Shown: piece by piece, positions 49,298-59,602 of the stretch
Layout of the letters: each line of letters starts with the position of its first letter
How positions within the stretch are numbered: position 1 is the stretch's first letter
Assembly (NCBI GenBank): GCA_047601445.1
Contig: JASGJH010000001.1
Span: 2,400,001-2,464,000 of the forward strand
Reading direction: 5' to 3'
Length of the DNA stretch: 64,000 bases
DNA from: Myxococcales bacterium
Lineage (GTDB): Bacteria > Myxococcota_A > Polyangia > Polyangiales > DASUME01
Translations under genes and position numbers: made by a program
The notes under the pieces: generated by a model
Told to the model about the DNA's origin: nothing
What the model saw: only the letters and a program-made list of their open reading frames with translations
Databases searched by the model: none

Positions 49298-50908
49298 ATG
49301 AGCTCCAAGTGGCGTCCCGAGCTCCCGTACATCCTGCTGTTGCCGCTGATCGTCGCGGCCGCCGGAGTGCTCAGCTATTACACGTGGGACACCGCTTCGC
49401 GCTTCGAGGAGCTCGGCGCCAGCTCCATCGCGCACAGCACATTGCTCCTGGTCGAGGAGAAGGTCGACCGCATCGAACAGCAGATCATCTCGCGCGACAA
49501 CGCGGTGTTTCACCTGGTGGACGTGAGCGACCCCGACGGCCTGCGCACACGCTGGCTGCCGCTGGCGGAGCGGGTCTCGCCCAGCGTGCGCGCGGTGCTG
49601 ATATTGAGCGATGATCTCGAGGTCGTGGACTACGCGGCCCGCGCCACGCCCGACGAGCAGAAGGCCTTCCTACGCCTGTTCAAGAAGAAGCTGGCCCCCG
49701 AGCTCTCGCTATCCGAGCTCGGCAACGAGCAGCTGCGGCATCTGCACATCACGCTGAACGGCACCAGCTACCTCATCTCGTACATGGCGACCACCTACGA
49801 AGGCACGACCTTCATCGTCGTGGCGCACCACGACACCGGGTACATCGTGCGCGAGGAGTTTCCCCGCCTGTTCGCCAACGAGGAGGCGCGGGCCTACTTC
49901 AACATCGTCGACGACGACGGCAAGCGCATGTTCGGCGACAGCCTGGCCAAGGTCGCCGACTACCTGGTGGGCAAGCGCTTTCCCACTACCCTGTATCGCT
50001 GGCGCCTGCAGCTCGCGCCCAAGGACGCGCCCTTGCTCGAGCAACAGGCGCGTCAGCGAGAGTTCAACAAGGCGGCCCTGATCGGGTCTTCTGCGCTCAT
50101 CCTGGTGGTCGCAGTGGCTTTCTTCCTGTTCGCCTCGCTGCAGGAGCGCCGCCTCAACGCCCTCAAGAGCGACTTTATCGCCAACGTATCTCACGAGTTG
50201 AAGACGCCGCTGTCCGTGGTGCGCATGTTCGCGGAGATGTTGATGACGGACCGCGTGACCTCGCCGCAGAAGCAGCGCCAGTACCTCGAGATGATCGGGC
50301 GTGAATCCGAGCGTCTGAGCGGCCTGATCGAGAATGTGCTCGACTTCGCGGCGCTGGAGCGCGGCAAGCAGACCTACGCACGCGAGGAGGCTGATCTGGC
50401 CGAGATCGTACAGCGCGGTGTGGAGACGGTGCGTCCGCGCCTGGAGAACGTGGAGCTCCGGATGAGCCTGCCGGAGGCGGTGCCCAGCGTGTCGGTGGAT
50501 CCGCAGGCGGTGCTGCTCGCCGTGATCAACCTGATCGACAACGCGGTGAAGTACGGCGAAGGCTCTCCCATCGACGTCAGCCTGCTGGTGCAGAAGCGCG
50601 AGATCTGGATCCAGGTGCGCGATCGTGGCCCCGGCATTCCGCGCGAAGAAACCCGGCGGGTCTTCGACCGCTTCTATCGGGTGCGGCGTCCCGGCCAGCA
50701 GGTTCGCGGGTCGGGCATCGGGCTGTCACTGGTGAAGCACATCGCCGACGCCCACGGCGGACGCGCCTGGGCCGAGAATGCCCCCGACGGCGGCGCGATC
50801 GTGAGCTTCTCGGTGGCGCGGGAGCGCGGGGATAAGCGGGCGTTCCCGGCCAGCGAAGCGACATTGAACGACCCGCCCGAAGGTGTACCCTCGTCGAGGT
50901 CATCATGA
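49298..50908 (+). CDS. Sensor histidine kinase
   Basis: Two TMs, SHELKTP, NAVKY, DRGPGI, GSGIGL. Confidence 0.93.
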   Translation: MSSKWRPELPYILLLPLIVAAAGVLSYYTWDTASRFEELGASSIAHSTLLLVEEKVDRIEQQIISRDNAVFHLVDVSDPDGLRTRWLPLAERVSPSVRAVLILSDDLEVVDYAARATPDEQKAFLRLFKKKLAPELSLSELGNEQLRHLHITLNGTSYLISYMATTYEGTTFIVVAHHDTGYIVREEFPRLFANEEARAYFNIVDDDGKRMFGDSLAKVADYLVGKRFPTTLYRWRLQLAPKDAPLLEQQARQREFNKAALIGSSALILVVAVAFFLFASLQERRLNALKSDFIANVSHELKTPLSVVRMFAEMLMTDRVTSPQKQRQYLEMIGRESERLSGLIENVLDFAALERGKQTYAREEADLAEIVQRGVETVRPRLENVELRMSLPEAVPSVSVDPQAVLLAVINLIDNAVKYGEGSPIDVSLLVQKREIWIQVRDRGPGIPREETRRVFDRFYRVRRPGQQVRGSGIGLSLVKHIADAHGGRAWAENAPDGGAIVSFSVARERGDKRAFPASEATLNDPPEGVPSSRSS

Positions 50909-51595
50909 CCGGACCCAAGACCATCCTGCTCGTCGAAGACGACCCGAGCCTGGCACTCGGGCTGGTGGACGCGCTCGAATTCGAGGGTTTTCGCGTGCTT
51001 CACGCGGCGCGTGGGGTGGACGCGATCGAGCAGGCCAAGCGCAACGGCCCGGACTGCATCATCCTCGATCTCATGCTCCCGGACCTGAACGGCTACCAGG
51101 TCTGCGAGCAGCTCCGGCGGGGCGATCCGCGGACCCCGATCGTGATGCTCACCGCCCGCAGCCAGGAGGCCGACAGAGATCCGGGGCCTCGACGCCGGAG
51201 CGGACGACTATGTGACCAAGCCCTTCTCGGTGGGCGAGCTGGTCGCCCGTATTCGGGCCATCTTCCGGCGCACGGCCCGCAACACGGGCTCCGATCAGCC
51301 ATTTACCATCGGGGAAGCCACCATCGACCCCGGCAGCCATACGCTCACGCGGGGAGAGATCTCCGAGCAGCTGTCTTTCTACGAAGTGGAGCTCTTGAAG
51401 CTGTTGTTCGAGCGCAAAGGCCAGCCGGTCTCCCGCGACGATATCCTGCGCAAGGTCTGGGGGGTGGATGCCAACCCCACCAACCGCACGGTCGACAACT
51501 TCGTGGTGAAGCTGCGCAAGAAGATCGAGGCGGAACCGGCCCAACCGCGTCACATCCTCACGGTCTACGGCCTGGGCTACAAGCTGGTCCCATGA
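50905..51595 (+). CDS. OmpR-family response regulator (+1 frameshift 51176)
   Basis: [35 protein letters not shown] in the second frame. Confidence 0.9.
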
Positions 51596-51620
51596 AGCGG
51601 TTCCCCGAAGCCCCACCCGC

Positions 51621-52160
51621 TTGGGGACTTTGCTCTCACGAGGGCCGGCCGCTTCGACGTTGACAGTCCCCTCCCAGGCACCTAGAAGAGCCCCCAAGAC
51701 GGGTCAAACCTTGGGAGACACGGGCAATCGTCGCAGCGCAGGGTGGTATGCAGGGGCGGCCACGTTTTGGCTCCTTGCCGCCTGGCTCATCACCGTGGGT
51801 CTCAGCTCCATCATTCCCCAGATCTTTTGGCCTTCTGGGGGCGCAGCCGTATCGGGTTCGTGCGAACCTGCGCTGGTGAAGCTGAAGCAAGAGCTGCTGA
51901 CACGGGCCAGCCAGAGCGTGGCTGACGCCCCCGAACCCAGCGACCGCGAGCAGCTCGAGAAATGGCTGCGCGACTGGGACCACCGCTTGTCGGTGGCGCG
52001 TCCGACCTGCAATCCAACCGAGCAACAAGCCTGGGCAGAACTGCTTCGCCTGCGCCACGGCATGCACGCCCTCATCGAGCGTTTCGACCGCGAAGAGGCA
52101 CCTCGCATTCGCAAACTCGAAGCGCTCCTTTCAACCGGCGCCGCGCAAAGCGCCGAGTAG
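51621..52160 (+). CDS. Hypothetical membrane protein
   Basis: One TM, helical C-terminus with two Cys. Start uncertain. Confidence 0.55.
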   Translation: MGTLLSRGPAASTLTVPSQAPRRAPKTGQTLGDTGNRRSAGWYAGAATFWLLAAWLITVGLSSIIPQIFWPSGGAAVSGSCEPALVKLKQELLTRASQSVADAPEPSDREQLEKWLRDWDHRLSVARPTCNPTEQQAWAELLRLRHGMHALIERFDREEAPRIRKLEALLSTGAAQSAE

Positions 52161-52173
52161 TGAGAACCGCACC

Positions 52174-54030
52174 ATGAGTGACGAAACAGAACCGCGTGAG
52201 ACGGCCCCCACCTTCGAGGCCCTCGCCCTCACGAGCGCGGTGCGCCGCGCGCTCGACGAGCTCGGCTTCACGCACCCCACCCCGGTGCAGACGGCGGCCT
52301 TCGGCCCGGCGTCCGAGGGGCACGACCTGATCGTTCAGTCCCGCACGGGCACCGGCAAGACCCTGGGCTTCGGACTGCCCCTGGTGGATCGCCTGGTGGA
52401 AGAAGGCCACGGCGTGCAGGCGCTAATCTTGGCCCCCACGCGGGAGCTCGCGCTGCAGAGCCAGCGAGTACTCGAGCAGGTCGGCAAGTACCGCCACCTC
52501 CGCACCGTGGCGGTGTACGGCGGCGCGCCCATGGAGCGCCAGATCGCCCAGCTCAAGCAGGGAGCGGAGATCGTTTCCGGCACGCCCGGACGCGTGCTCG
52601 ACCATTTGCGGCGCGGCACGCTCGATGCCGCGGGCATCCGTGTGCTGGTGCTCGACGAGGCCGACGAGATGTTCTCCATGGGCTTCGCAAAGGAGCTCAA
52701 CGCGATCATGGACGCGCTGCCGGACAACCGGCAGTTCCTCTGCTTCTCGGCCACCATCGACGACAACGTGCAGCGCATGGCCGAGCGCCGCATGCACGAG
52801 CCCCAGTTCATCACGCTGTCGAGCGATCAGGTGGGCGCGGCAGAGATCAGTCACTACTTCTACATGATCCTCGGCGACAAGCTCAGCGCCCTGATCCGGG
52901 TGCTGGAAGTGGAGGATCCCGAGAGCGCCATCATCTTCTGCAACACGAAGAACGAGACGGAGACCGTGGCCCGTCATCTCTCGGCCGCGGGCTTCAACGC
53001 GGACTGGCTAAACGGCGATCTTCCGCAGCGTGATCGCGAGCAGATCATGAAGCGCACGCGCGAAGGACAGCTCCGCTACATGGTGGCCACCGACGTGGCC
53101 GCGCGCGGCATCGACATCTCGCACCTGACCCATGTGATCAACTTCGGCTTCCCGGAGTCGGCCGAGCAGTACGTGCACCGCACGGGCCGCACGGGCCGCG
53201 CAGGACGCACGGGCACGGCGATCTCGGTGCTGGGTCCCTCGAACCTGGGTGCGCTCTATTACCTGCGGCTCACCTTCAAGATCTTCCCGATCGAGCGCTC
53301 CATTCCGAGCGCCACCGAGCTCAAGACGCGCAAGGAGGCCGACCGGCTCGCGCTGTTGTCCGAGGCGTTCAAGAACGCTCCGCTCGATGATCATCGAGAC
53401 GTGGTGCGCCGCTTGCTCACCCACCCGGACTCCGAGCGCATCCTGATCGGCCTGGTGCGCAGCTTCTTCTCGGGCGTCACCTTCGACGTGGACGAAGCGG
53501 CAGCCGCAGCGCGCCGAGAACGCAGCCTGCCGCCGCCCGCCAAGCAAGCGAGCTCCGCGGAGGGCAGCGACGAAGAGGAAGAAGCCGAAGAAGAGGGCTT
53601 GGCGCAGGCCTCGAGCGGCAAGCGCAAACGACGTCGGCGCAAGGGTCGGTCCGAAGCCGGTGGAAACCCGGAGCAAGGGGCCCCGACCGGGACCGCGCAG
53701 GCCAAAGAGCTCGCGAGCGAATCCCAGGCCCCGGCGTCCGCGGAGGAACCCGCGGGAGAGGCGCAGCTGGACGAGCCGCCCCCGGTGCTCGAGGACATGA
53801 CCACGCTCTACTTCAACGTAGGGAAACGAGACGGTCTCGAGCCGCGTGACCTCGCCACACTACTCGTGAACACGTGTGGTCTCGGTGCCGAGGACATCGG
53901 CCGCGTGCGCGTGAAGGACCGCCACACCTTCGTGGGCGTGCCCACGGAGCGAGCGGATGCAGTGATCTCGTCTTTGCAGGGGCAATCGATCAAGAATCGG
54001 GCGTTGCAGGTAGAGCGCGCCCGGAGCTGA
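52174..54030 (+). CDS. DEAD-box RNA helicase, DeaD-like, with DbpA RNA-binding domain
   Basis: TGTGKT, PTRELA, DEAD, SAT, HRTGRTGR; C-terminal YFNVGKRD...IGRV. Confidence 0.92.
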   Translation: MSDETEPRETAPTFEALALTSAVRRALDELGFTHPTPVQTAAFGPASEGHDLIVQSRTGTGKTLGFGLPLVDRLVEEGHGVQALILAPTRELALQSQRVLEQVGKYRHLRTVAVYGGAPMERQIAQLKQGAEIVSGTPGRVLDHLRRGTLDAAGIRVLVLDEADEMFSMGFAKELNAIMDALPDNRQFLCFSATIDDNVQRMAERRMHEPQFITLSSDQVGAAEISHYFYMILGDKLSALIRVLEVEDPESAIIFCNTKNETETVARHLSAAGFNADWLNGDLPQRDREQIMKRTREGQLRYMVATDVAARGIDISHLTHVINFGFPESAEQYVHRTGRTGRAGRTGTAISVLGPSNLGALYYLRLTFKIFPIERSIPSATELKTRKEADRLALLSEAFKNAPLDDHRDVVRRLLTHPDSERILIGLVRSFFSGVTFDVDEAAAAARRERSLPPPAKQASSAEGSDEEEEAEEEGLAQASSGKRKRRRRKGRSEAGGNPEQGAPTGTAQAKELASESQAPASAEEPAGEAQLDEPPPVLEDMTTLYFNVGKRDGLEPRDLATLLVNTCGLGAEDIGRVRVKDRHTFVGVPTERADAVISSLQGQSIKNRALQVERARS

Positions 54031-54031
54031 A

Positions 54032-54706
54032 ATGAAGTGCAAGACCCTGTTCGTCGTGAGCTGTCTGGGGCTCATGCTGGGCTGTGAAGATCATCCGAAG
54101 TCCATCCAGAATGTCCGCGGCTTGCTGGGGCCGGATGGCCGTCCAGTGCAGGACCGTGCGCCGGTGACGGGCGCGGCGCCTGAGCCCGTCCGGGAGGCGC
54201 AGCCCGAGTTCCAACCCCTACCCAGCCCTTTTGCCGCGCCCGCGGCGGCGCCCGCGCCGGCTCCGCAGGCGCCCGAACCCGAGAAGCCTCCAGCGGTCGC
54301 GCGCGATCTGTCGAGTGAGCTCGGCCGCCTCATCCCGCAACCGAGTGAGTGCCTCGATCTCGGGCAAGCCAGCAAGCAGGGCAAGGTCACGATTGCGGTG
54401 CACGCCCTGGTGTCGCCGAGCGGCCGCCTGTCTCAGGTGTCGGCGTCGGTCCCAGGTCAGCCCTCCGCCGCCGTGCGCTGCGTCGAGCGACGCGTCGGGC
54501 AAGCGACCCTGGCTCCAGACGTTCCCGGAGCCCCCATCCAGGTGGATGCGAATGTTGCAGTCGAAGTGGTCTCACAGGCCCCGCCCGAAGCTGCGCCCAA
54601 GCTACCCGCACCTACCTCACCCGCCACGCCGTCCGATGTCGCTCAGCCGGAGAATAGTGAGCTGGCCCAGCCGGACGGCACGGACTTCGCTCAACCCAGT
54701 CAGTGA
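54032..54706 (+). CDS. Lipoprotein with TonB-C/AgmX-like domain
   Basis: MLGC lipobox; ECL...GKVTIAV...VSPSGRL...RCVE. Confidence 0.65.
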   Translation: MKCKTLFVVSCLGLMLGCEDHPKSIQNVRGLLGPDGRPVQDRAPVTGAAPEPVREAQPEFQPLPSPFAAPAAAPAPAPQAPEPEKPPAVARDLSSELGRLIPQPSECLDLGQASKQGKVTIAVHALVSPSGRLSQVSASVPGQPSAAVRCVERRVGQATLAPDVPGAPIQVDANVAVEVVSQAPPEAAPKLPAPTSPATPSDVAQPENSELAQPDGTDFAQPSQ

Positions 54707-54754
54707 GGCCTTGCTGGGTCTCTCCTCGGTTGAGTAGGCTGCTGGCCGATCTAC

Positions 54755-56623
54755 ATGACCGTGCAGCCTCAGGTTTCTTCCTCCTCACTCGTCATCGCGG
54801 GACGCTTCGAAGTCCGCGAACGTCTCACCGTGGACGGTTTTGGCGAGATCTTCGGTGCCAACGACCGCAAGACCGGTAAGCCCGTCACCCTTCGCCCGCT
54901 CGTGCCGCAAATCGAGGCGGACGCGCGCAAGGTGCTCAAGGCGATCGGCAACTTCAACCATGCCAACGTGGTCCCGCTCTACGGCATCGTCAGCAATGAC
55001 AATGGGGCTCCCTTCCTGGTCCAAGGACCCATCGCAGGACAACACCTGGCCGCCTTCGTCGCGACGCGCACCAGGTCCGGCAAGCCGATCAGCTTGCACG
55101 GCGCCTACAACGTCGTGGCGCACGTCTGCAACGCGCTGACCGCGATCCACGCCAGCGGTCCCCATGGGGCGGTGCGGCCCTCGGCCGTGTGGATGCACGA
55201 CGACGGCCGCGTACAGCTCAACGACTTGTTGGTGGCGCGCACCCTGCTCGGACGCGGCGGAATCGCCGGTATCCCCGAGCACGAAGCTGCCTATCTGGCG
55301 CCCGAGCTCAAGGCCGGTGGCGTTCCGTCGACGGCCAGCGATGTGTTCGGGTTGGGCGCGCTCCTCTACACGCTCCTCACCGGCCGCTCTCCCACGGACG
55401 AGTTCGCGTATCCCTCGCAGGTGCACCCGGAGGCGAGCCCCGCGGTCGATCAAGAACTTTTCCGGGCGCTCGCGCCGGACCCCGCAGCCCGCCATCGCAG
55501 CGCCGAAGAATTCCGCACGGCCCTGCTGGCCATCGTCGGCGATGCCCCCTCGCAGGGCGCCGACGACTTCGGACACGATATCGAGATCGAGGTGAACCTG
55601 GCCTCGCTGCGGCCTGCCGCCGGACGCGCCTCGATCGCCAGCGCACCCAAGGCGGCCCGGATCCCCCAGGTCAACGACGGATCGCCCGAGGTCGGCTCGC
55701 GCGTCTCCATCTACGACAACTTCCGCGTCTCCGTGGTCGATGCCGATGAGGCCGCGGCCGCGCGCGATCGCCGCTCGCTCGGCGAAGTGGACCTTTCGGG
55801 TGCCCTCGCCAAGGTTACCGAAGACGATTCGCCACGCTGGATGGTGGTGAAGCACGGCATGGACCACGGCCCGTTCTCGGGGCGCCAGCTGGTCAACATG
55901 ATCGTGCAAGGTGAGGCCCTGCGCGATCACGAGCTGCTCAACACGGACACCGGACGCCGTGGCAAGGTCGGCGAGTTCGCGGAGTTCACGGACTTCCTCT
56001 CGCAGTACGAGCTGGTGCGCGCCGAACGCGAGCGCACCGCGGCCATCGCCACCGCCGAGACCAAGGACAAGCGCTCCACCGTGTTCAAGGCGGGCATGGG
56101 TCTGATCGCTCTCGCCGTGGTGGGCGCGGCGGGCGGTCTCTACGCCCTCACGCGCGGCAATGCCGGCAACGAAGGCCGCGACGATGCCGCGCTCGACATG
56201 TACAAGCGTGGCGACCTCGAGATCTCCGGCTCGGCCGGCATCCTGCCGAAGCCGAGCGGCGTGCGTCGCTCGGGTGGTGGCGGCGGGGGCGGGGGCGGGG
56301 GCGGCATGTCCTACGAAGACGCCATGATGCAGGCGATGGACATCGGCAGCGCGTCCGGCGGCGGCGAGCAGACGCTGAGCGCGGGGACCGTCGCGGGTGT
56401 GGTCAACAAGAACCTCAACGGAATCTACGGGGCCTGCGTACGCGGCTCCGTGGGCAAGGTGAAGATCGACATCGCGATCGCAGGGAGCGGCCAAGTCATG
56501 GGCGTCACCGTGAACGCAGGCGACGCCGGCTTCCAGAAGTGCGTGGCCGACCAGGTGCGGCGCATCCGCTTCCCGTCTTTCCCTGCACCGCGCATGGGAG
56601 CGCGCTACAGCTTCGACACATGA
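54755..56623 (+). CDS. Pseudokinase-GYF_2-TM-AgmX/PglI C-terminal domain protein
   Basis: YLAPE and SDVFGLG retained, catalytic motifs lost; WMVVKHGMDHGPFS; GKVKIDIAIAGSGQV...KCVADQVRRIRFP. Confidence 0.8.
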   Translation: MTVQPQVSSSSLVIAGRFEVRERLTVDGFGEIFGANDRKTGKPVTLRPLVPQIEADARKVLKAIGNFNHANVVPLYGIVSNDNGAPFLVQGPIAGQHLAAFVATRTRSGKPISLHGAYNVVAHVCNALTAIHASGPHGAVRPSAVWMHDDGRVQLNDLLVARTLLGRGGIAGIPEHEAAYLAPELKAGGVPSTASDVFGLGALLYTLLTGRSPTDEFAYPSQVHPEASPAVDQELFRALAPDPAARHRSAEEFRTALLAIVGDAPSQGADDFGHDIEIEVNLASLRPAAGRASIASAPKAARIPQVNDGSPEVGSRVSIYDNFRVSVVDADEAAAARDRRSLGEVDLSGALAKVTEDDSPRWMVVKHGMDHGPFSGRQLVNMIVQGEALRDHELLNTDTGRRGKVGEFAEFTDFLSQYELVRAERERTAAIATAETKDKRSTVFKAGMGLIALAVVGAAGGLYALTRGNAGNEGRDDAALDMYKRGDLEISGSAGILPKPSGVRRSGGGGGGGGGGGMSYEDAMMQAMDIGSASGGGEQTLSAGTVAGVVNKNLNGIYGACVRGSVGKVKIDIAIAGSGQVMGVTVNAGDAGFQKCVADQVRRIRFPSFPAPRMGARYSFDT

Positions 56624-57147
56624 AGCTCGCGACGCTCGCTTGGCTGGCACTCGCGCTCGGTCCCGTCCGAGCGCGCGCCGAGGCAGCGAGCACGCACGAT
56701 GCGTCGAGCCCGGAGGCGTCCTATTTCCCGGACGCGTTCGAGGCGCAGCGAGCGCAAGATCAAGCCACTTCGCGAGAGCTCGAGCGCGCACTCACGCTCC
56801 TGCCCGGCGTGAGCGCGGCGAGGGTGAGCGTGCAGCGGACCCACCCCGCCCTGGTCCCGCTCGACCAGCCCATCCCCCAGACCCGCCTCCACGTGCTGCT
56901 GCAGCGCACGAACGAAGCCCCCCAGCCGTCCGAGGTCAAGGCGCTGCTCCAGGGGTTCGCTGGCACCGAAGCGATGCAGCCCACAATCGAGCTCGTCGAA
57001 GCGCGCGGACTAGCTCCGGCCCTCCCCCCACCCCTGACTCGGTTCGAAACAAACGAGTCCCCGTTTCGTACGCTGCTCGCCATCTCGCTCGCCGCAAACG
57101 TGCTGCTCGCCACAGTTCTCCTGTTCCGTGGCCGCGCGCGAGGTTAG
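56620..57147 (+). CDS. Secreted/membrane protein with YscJ/FliF-like ring-building motif
   Basis: Signal peptide, ELERALTLLPGVSAARVSV, C-terminal TM. Confidence 0.55.
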   Translation: MKLATLAWLALALGPVRARAEAASTHDASSPEASYFPDAFEAQRAQDQATSRELERALTLLPGVSAARVSVQRTHPALVPLDQPIPQTRLHVLLQRTNEAPQPSEVKALLQGFAGTEAMQPTIELVEARGLAPALPPPLTRFETNESPFRTLLAISLAANVLLATVLLFRGRARG

Positions 57148-57225
57148 ATGGTCAGAAGTTCAGCCAACCAGGGCCAATTGAGCGCCGTGGACACCCTTCA
57201 CCTACATCGTTAGACTCCGCCACCA

Positions 57226-57963
57226 GTGCTTGCCCTACGCGACGTTTCCCTTCGCCTGAAAGACGCTCCCGTCCTCAAAAACGTGAGCCTCGACATCCCC
57301 GCGGGTGGCGTTCTCGCGCTCATCGGACCGGGTGCCGCAGGCAAGAGCGTGCTCTTCAAGGTGATGACCGGCCTGCTCACCCCCGATCGCGGCGAAGCGC
57401 TGGTCGACGGGGAAGTCATCAACGGCATGTCGAACCTCGACCTGGCGCGCGTGCGCAAGAAGATCGGCATGTGCTTTCAGAACAACGCTCTGTTCGACCA
57501 CATGACCGTCGCGGAGAACATCTCCTTCCCGCTGCGTCGCCTGTTCGACTACAGCGAGATGGAGCTCAGCGGCATCGTGGCCGAGCGCCTCGCCCGAGTC
57601 TCGTTGCCAGGCTTCCAGGAGCGCATGCCTGCCGGTCTCTCCGGCGGCCAAAAGAAGCGAGTGGGCATCGCGCGGGCCACGGCGCAGCGCGCTCCCATCG
57701 TGCTCTACGATGAACCCACGGCCGGTCTCGATCCGGTGAACAGCCAGAAAATCTTCAACCTGATCCGCGATGAACAGCGCGCCCAGGGCAGCACGGTGGT
57801 CGTGATCTCGAGCGACGTGGGGGGCCTTCTCACCGTCGCGGATCACGTCGCGATGCTGCATCGCGGCCAGCTCCTCTTCTACGGCACTACTGCCCACGCG
57901 AAGAACAGCGGTATCGCTGCCGTGAACCAGTTCGTCCACGGCCTGACGGAGGGACCGCTGTGA
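57226..57963 (+). CDS. mlaF: MlaF/Mkl ABC ATPase
   Basis: GPGAAGKS, FQNNALFD, LSGGQ, YDEPTAGLDP. Confidence 0.9.
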   Translation: MLALRDVSLRLKDAPVLKNVSLDIPAGGVLALIGPGAAGKSVLFKVMTGLLTPDRGEALVDGEVINGMSNLDLARVRKKIGMCFQNNALFDHMTVAENISFPLRRLFDYSEMELSGIVAERLARVSLPGFQERMPAGLSGGQKKRVGIARATAQRAPIVLYDEPTAGLDPVNSQKIFNLIRDEQRAQGSTVVVISSDVGGLLTVADHVAMLHRGQLLFYGTTAHAKNSGIAAVNQFVHGLTEGPL

Positions 57964-58778
57964 GCAGTCCAGCGCTCGAAGAAAAGCAATCATCCGACAC
58001 CCCGTTCGGGCTCTTGGTCCCCGAGCGCATGGGTAAGGCCCTGGTGGCCATCGCGGAGCAGACGGGTGGCATCGGCGTGCTGGCCTGGCGTCTGCTGGTG
58101 CGCCTGCTTCCCCCGCGCGTCGATCGCTACGAGTTGGTGCGCAACTTCTACAAGATGGGCGTGCGCTCCGTGGGCATCGTCTCGGTGACCGCGCTCTTCG
58201 TGGGCGCCATCATGGTCATTCAGATCGCTCCGCTGGTGGTGCGCTTCGGCGCCACGGCGATCATCGGTTGGGGTGCCGGTTTCGCCATGCTGCGCGAGGT
58301 CGGACCGCTCCTCATCGCGCTCATGTTCTCGGGCCGCGTCGGCGCCAACAACACCGCCGAGCTCGGCACCATGGTCGTCACCGAGCAGCTCGACGCGTTG
58401 CGGGCACTTTCGATCGATCCGCTCACGTACCTGATTCTTCCGCGCGTCATCTCCATGATCGTGATGCTTTTCGTGCTCACGATCTTCGGCGATCTGGTGG
58501 CGCTAGGTGGCGCAATCATGAGCGCCAAGGCGCTCCTCGACGTGGATGCGTCGCAGTTCCTCAACAGCTTCTTCGAGATGCTGGACCACTGGGACTTCCT
58601 GCAGAGCCTGATCAAGGCAACGGCCTTCGGCGTCATGATCGCGCTCACTTCCTGTCATTTCGGCCTTTCCACCAAGGGCGGTGCTCCTGGTGTCGGACGC
58701 TCGGTAAATGCCGCCGTGGTGGCTGCAGCGATCGGCATCTTCGTGATGGACTACTTCTTCACCTTCGTCATGAAATGA
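57960..58778 (+). CDS. mlaE: MlaE permease
   Basis: REVGP, GRVGA, AELGTM, EQLDAL, GVG. Confidence 0.9.
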   Translation: MSSPALEEKQSSDTPFGLLVPERMGKALVAIAEQTGGIGVLAWRLLVRLLPPRVDRYELVRNFYKMGVRSVGIVSVTALFVGAIMVIQIAPLVVRFGATAIIGWGAGFAMLREVGPLLIALMFSGRVGANNTAELGTMVVTEQLDALRALSIDPLTYLILPRVISMIVMLFVLTIFGDLVALGGAIMSAKALLDVDASQFLNSFFEMLDHWDFLQSLIKATAFGVMIALTSCHFGLSTKGGAPGVGRSVNAAVVAAAIGIFVMDYFFTFVMK

Positions 58779-59599
58779 CCATCCAAGCCAACATCGAAAC
58801 CCAGCGTCCTCAGGCCATCGGCCTGGCCACTCGCTTGACGGCTCCTTTCGGGGCTTTGGGCCGCGACCTGCGCGGGCTGTACCTGATGCTGCAGGAGACG
58901 CTGTACTTCCTGCTGCGCGGACGCCTCGACCGCAAGTCCGTCGTGGAGCAGTCGTACGCCATCGGCAACGGCTCCATGCTCTTCGTCTCCGTGACCATGA
59001 CGGTGATCGGCATGATCACCGTGGTCCAGTCCGGCATTCAGATCCAGCGCGTGATTCCGGACTACACGATGCTCGGCGCCAACATCATCCAGATCATGGT
59101 GCGCGAGTTCGCCCCCACGGTCTGCGCCCTGATGCTGGCCACCCGCGTGGGCGCCGGCATCGCGGCCGAGATCGGCTCCATGGTCGTCACCGAGCAGGTC
59201 GACGCCCTGCGCATGAGCGCCGCCGACCCCGTGGAATACCTGGTCGTGCCGCGCTTCGTCGCTTGCGTAGTGATGACCACGGCGTTGTCGTTCTGGTCCC
59301 TGTTCGCTTCGCTGGTGGCCGGCACCATGGCTGCGAACATGGTGTTCGACGTCAACTACGACACCTTCATGAGCTTCAACCTCGTCAACATCGGGGACTT
59401 CGTGGTGTGCGCGCTGAAGGCGATCTTCTACGGCGCCGCGATCCCGATCGTGAGCTCCCAGCGCGGTCTCACGACCTTCGGTGGTTCCGAGGGCGTGGGC
59501 TCGGCCACCACGAACGCCGTGGTGCACAGCTCGCTCGCAATCATCGTGCTCGACCTCATCCTGAGCCTCTTCGGCTACGTCGTTTTCCCCCCGAACTGA
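58775..59599 (+). CDS. mlaE: MlaE permease, second copy
   Basis: REFAP, AAEIGSM, EQVDAL, GGSEGVG. Confidence 0.9.
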   Translation: MTIQANIETQRPQAIGLATRLTAPFGALGRDLRGLYLMLQETLYFLLRGRLDRKSVVEQSYAIGNGSMLFVSVTMTVIGMITVVQSGIQIQRVIPDYTMLGANIIQIMVREFAPTVCALMLATRVGAGIAAEIGSMVVTEQVDALRMSAADPVEYLVVPRFVACVVMTTALSFWSLFASLVAGTMAANMVFDVNYDTFMSFNLVNIGDFVVCALKAIFYGAAIPIVSSQRGLTTFGGSEGVGSATTNAVVHSSLAIIVLDLILSLFGYVVFPPN

Positions 59600-59602
59600 C
59601 CC

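Noticed and set aside
56270..56305. GGC/GGG repeats here and at ~62615-62650
   Set aside because: In-frame poly-Gly linkers, not repeat elements.
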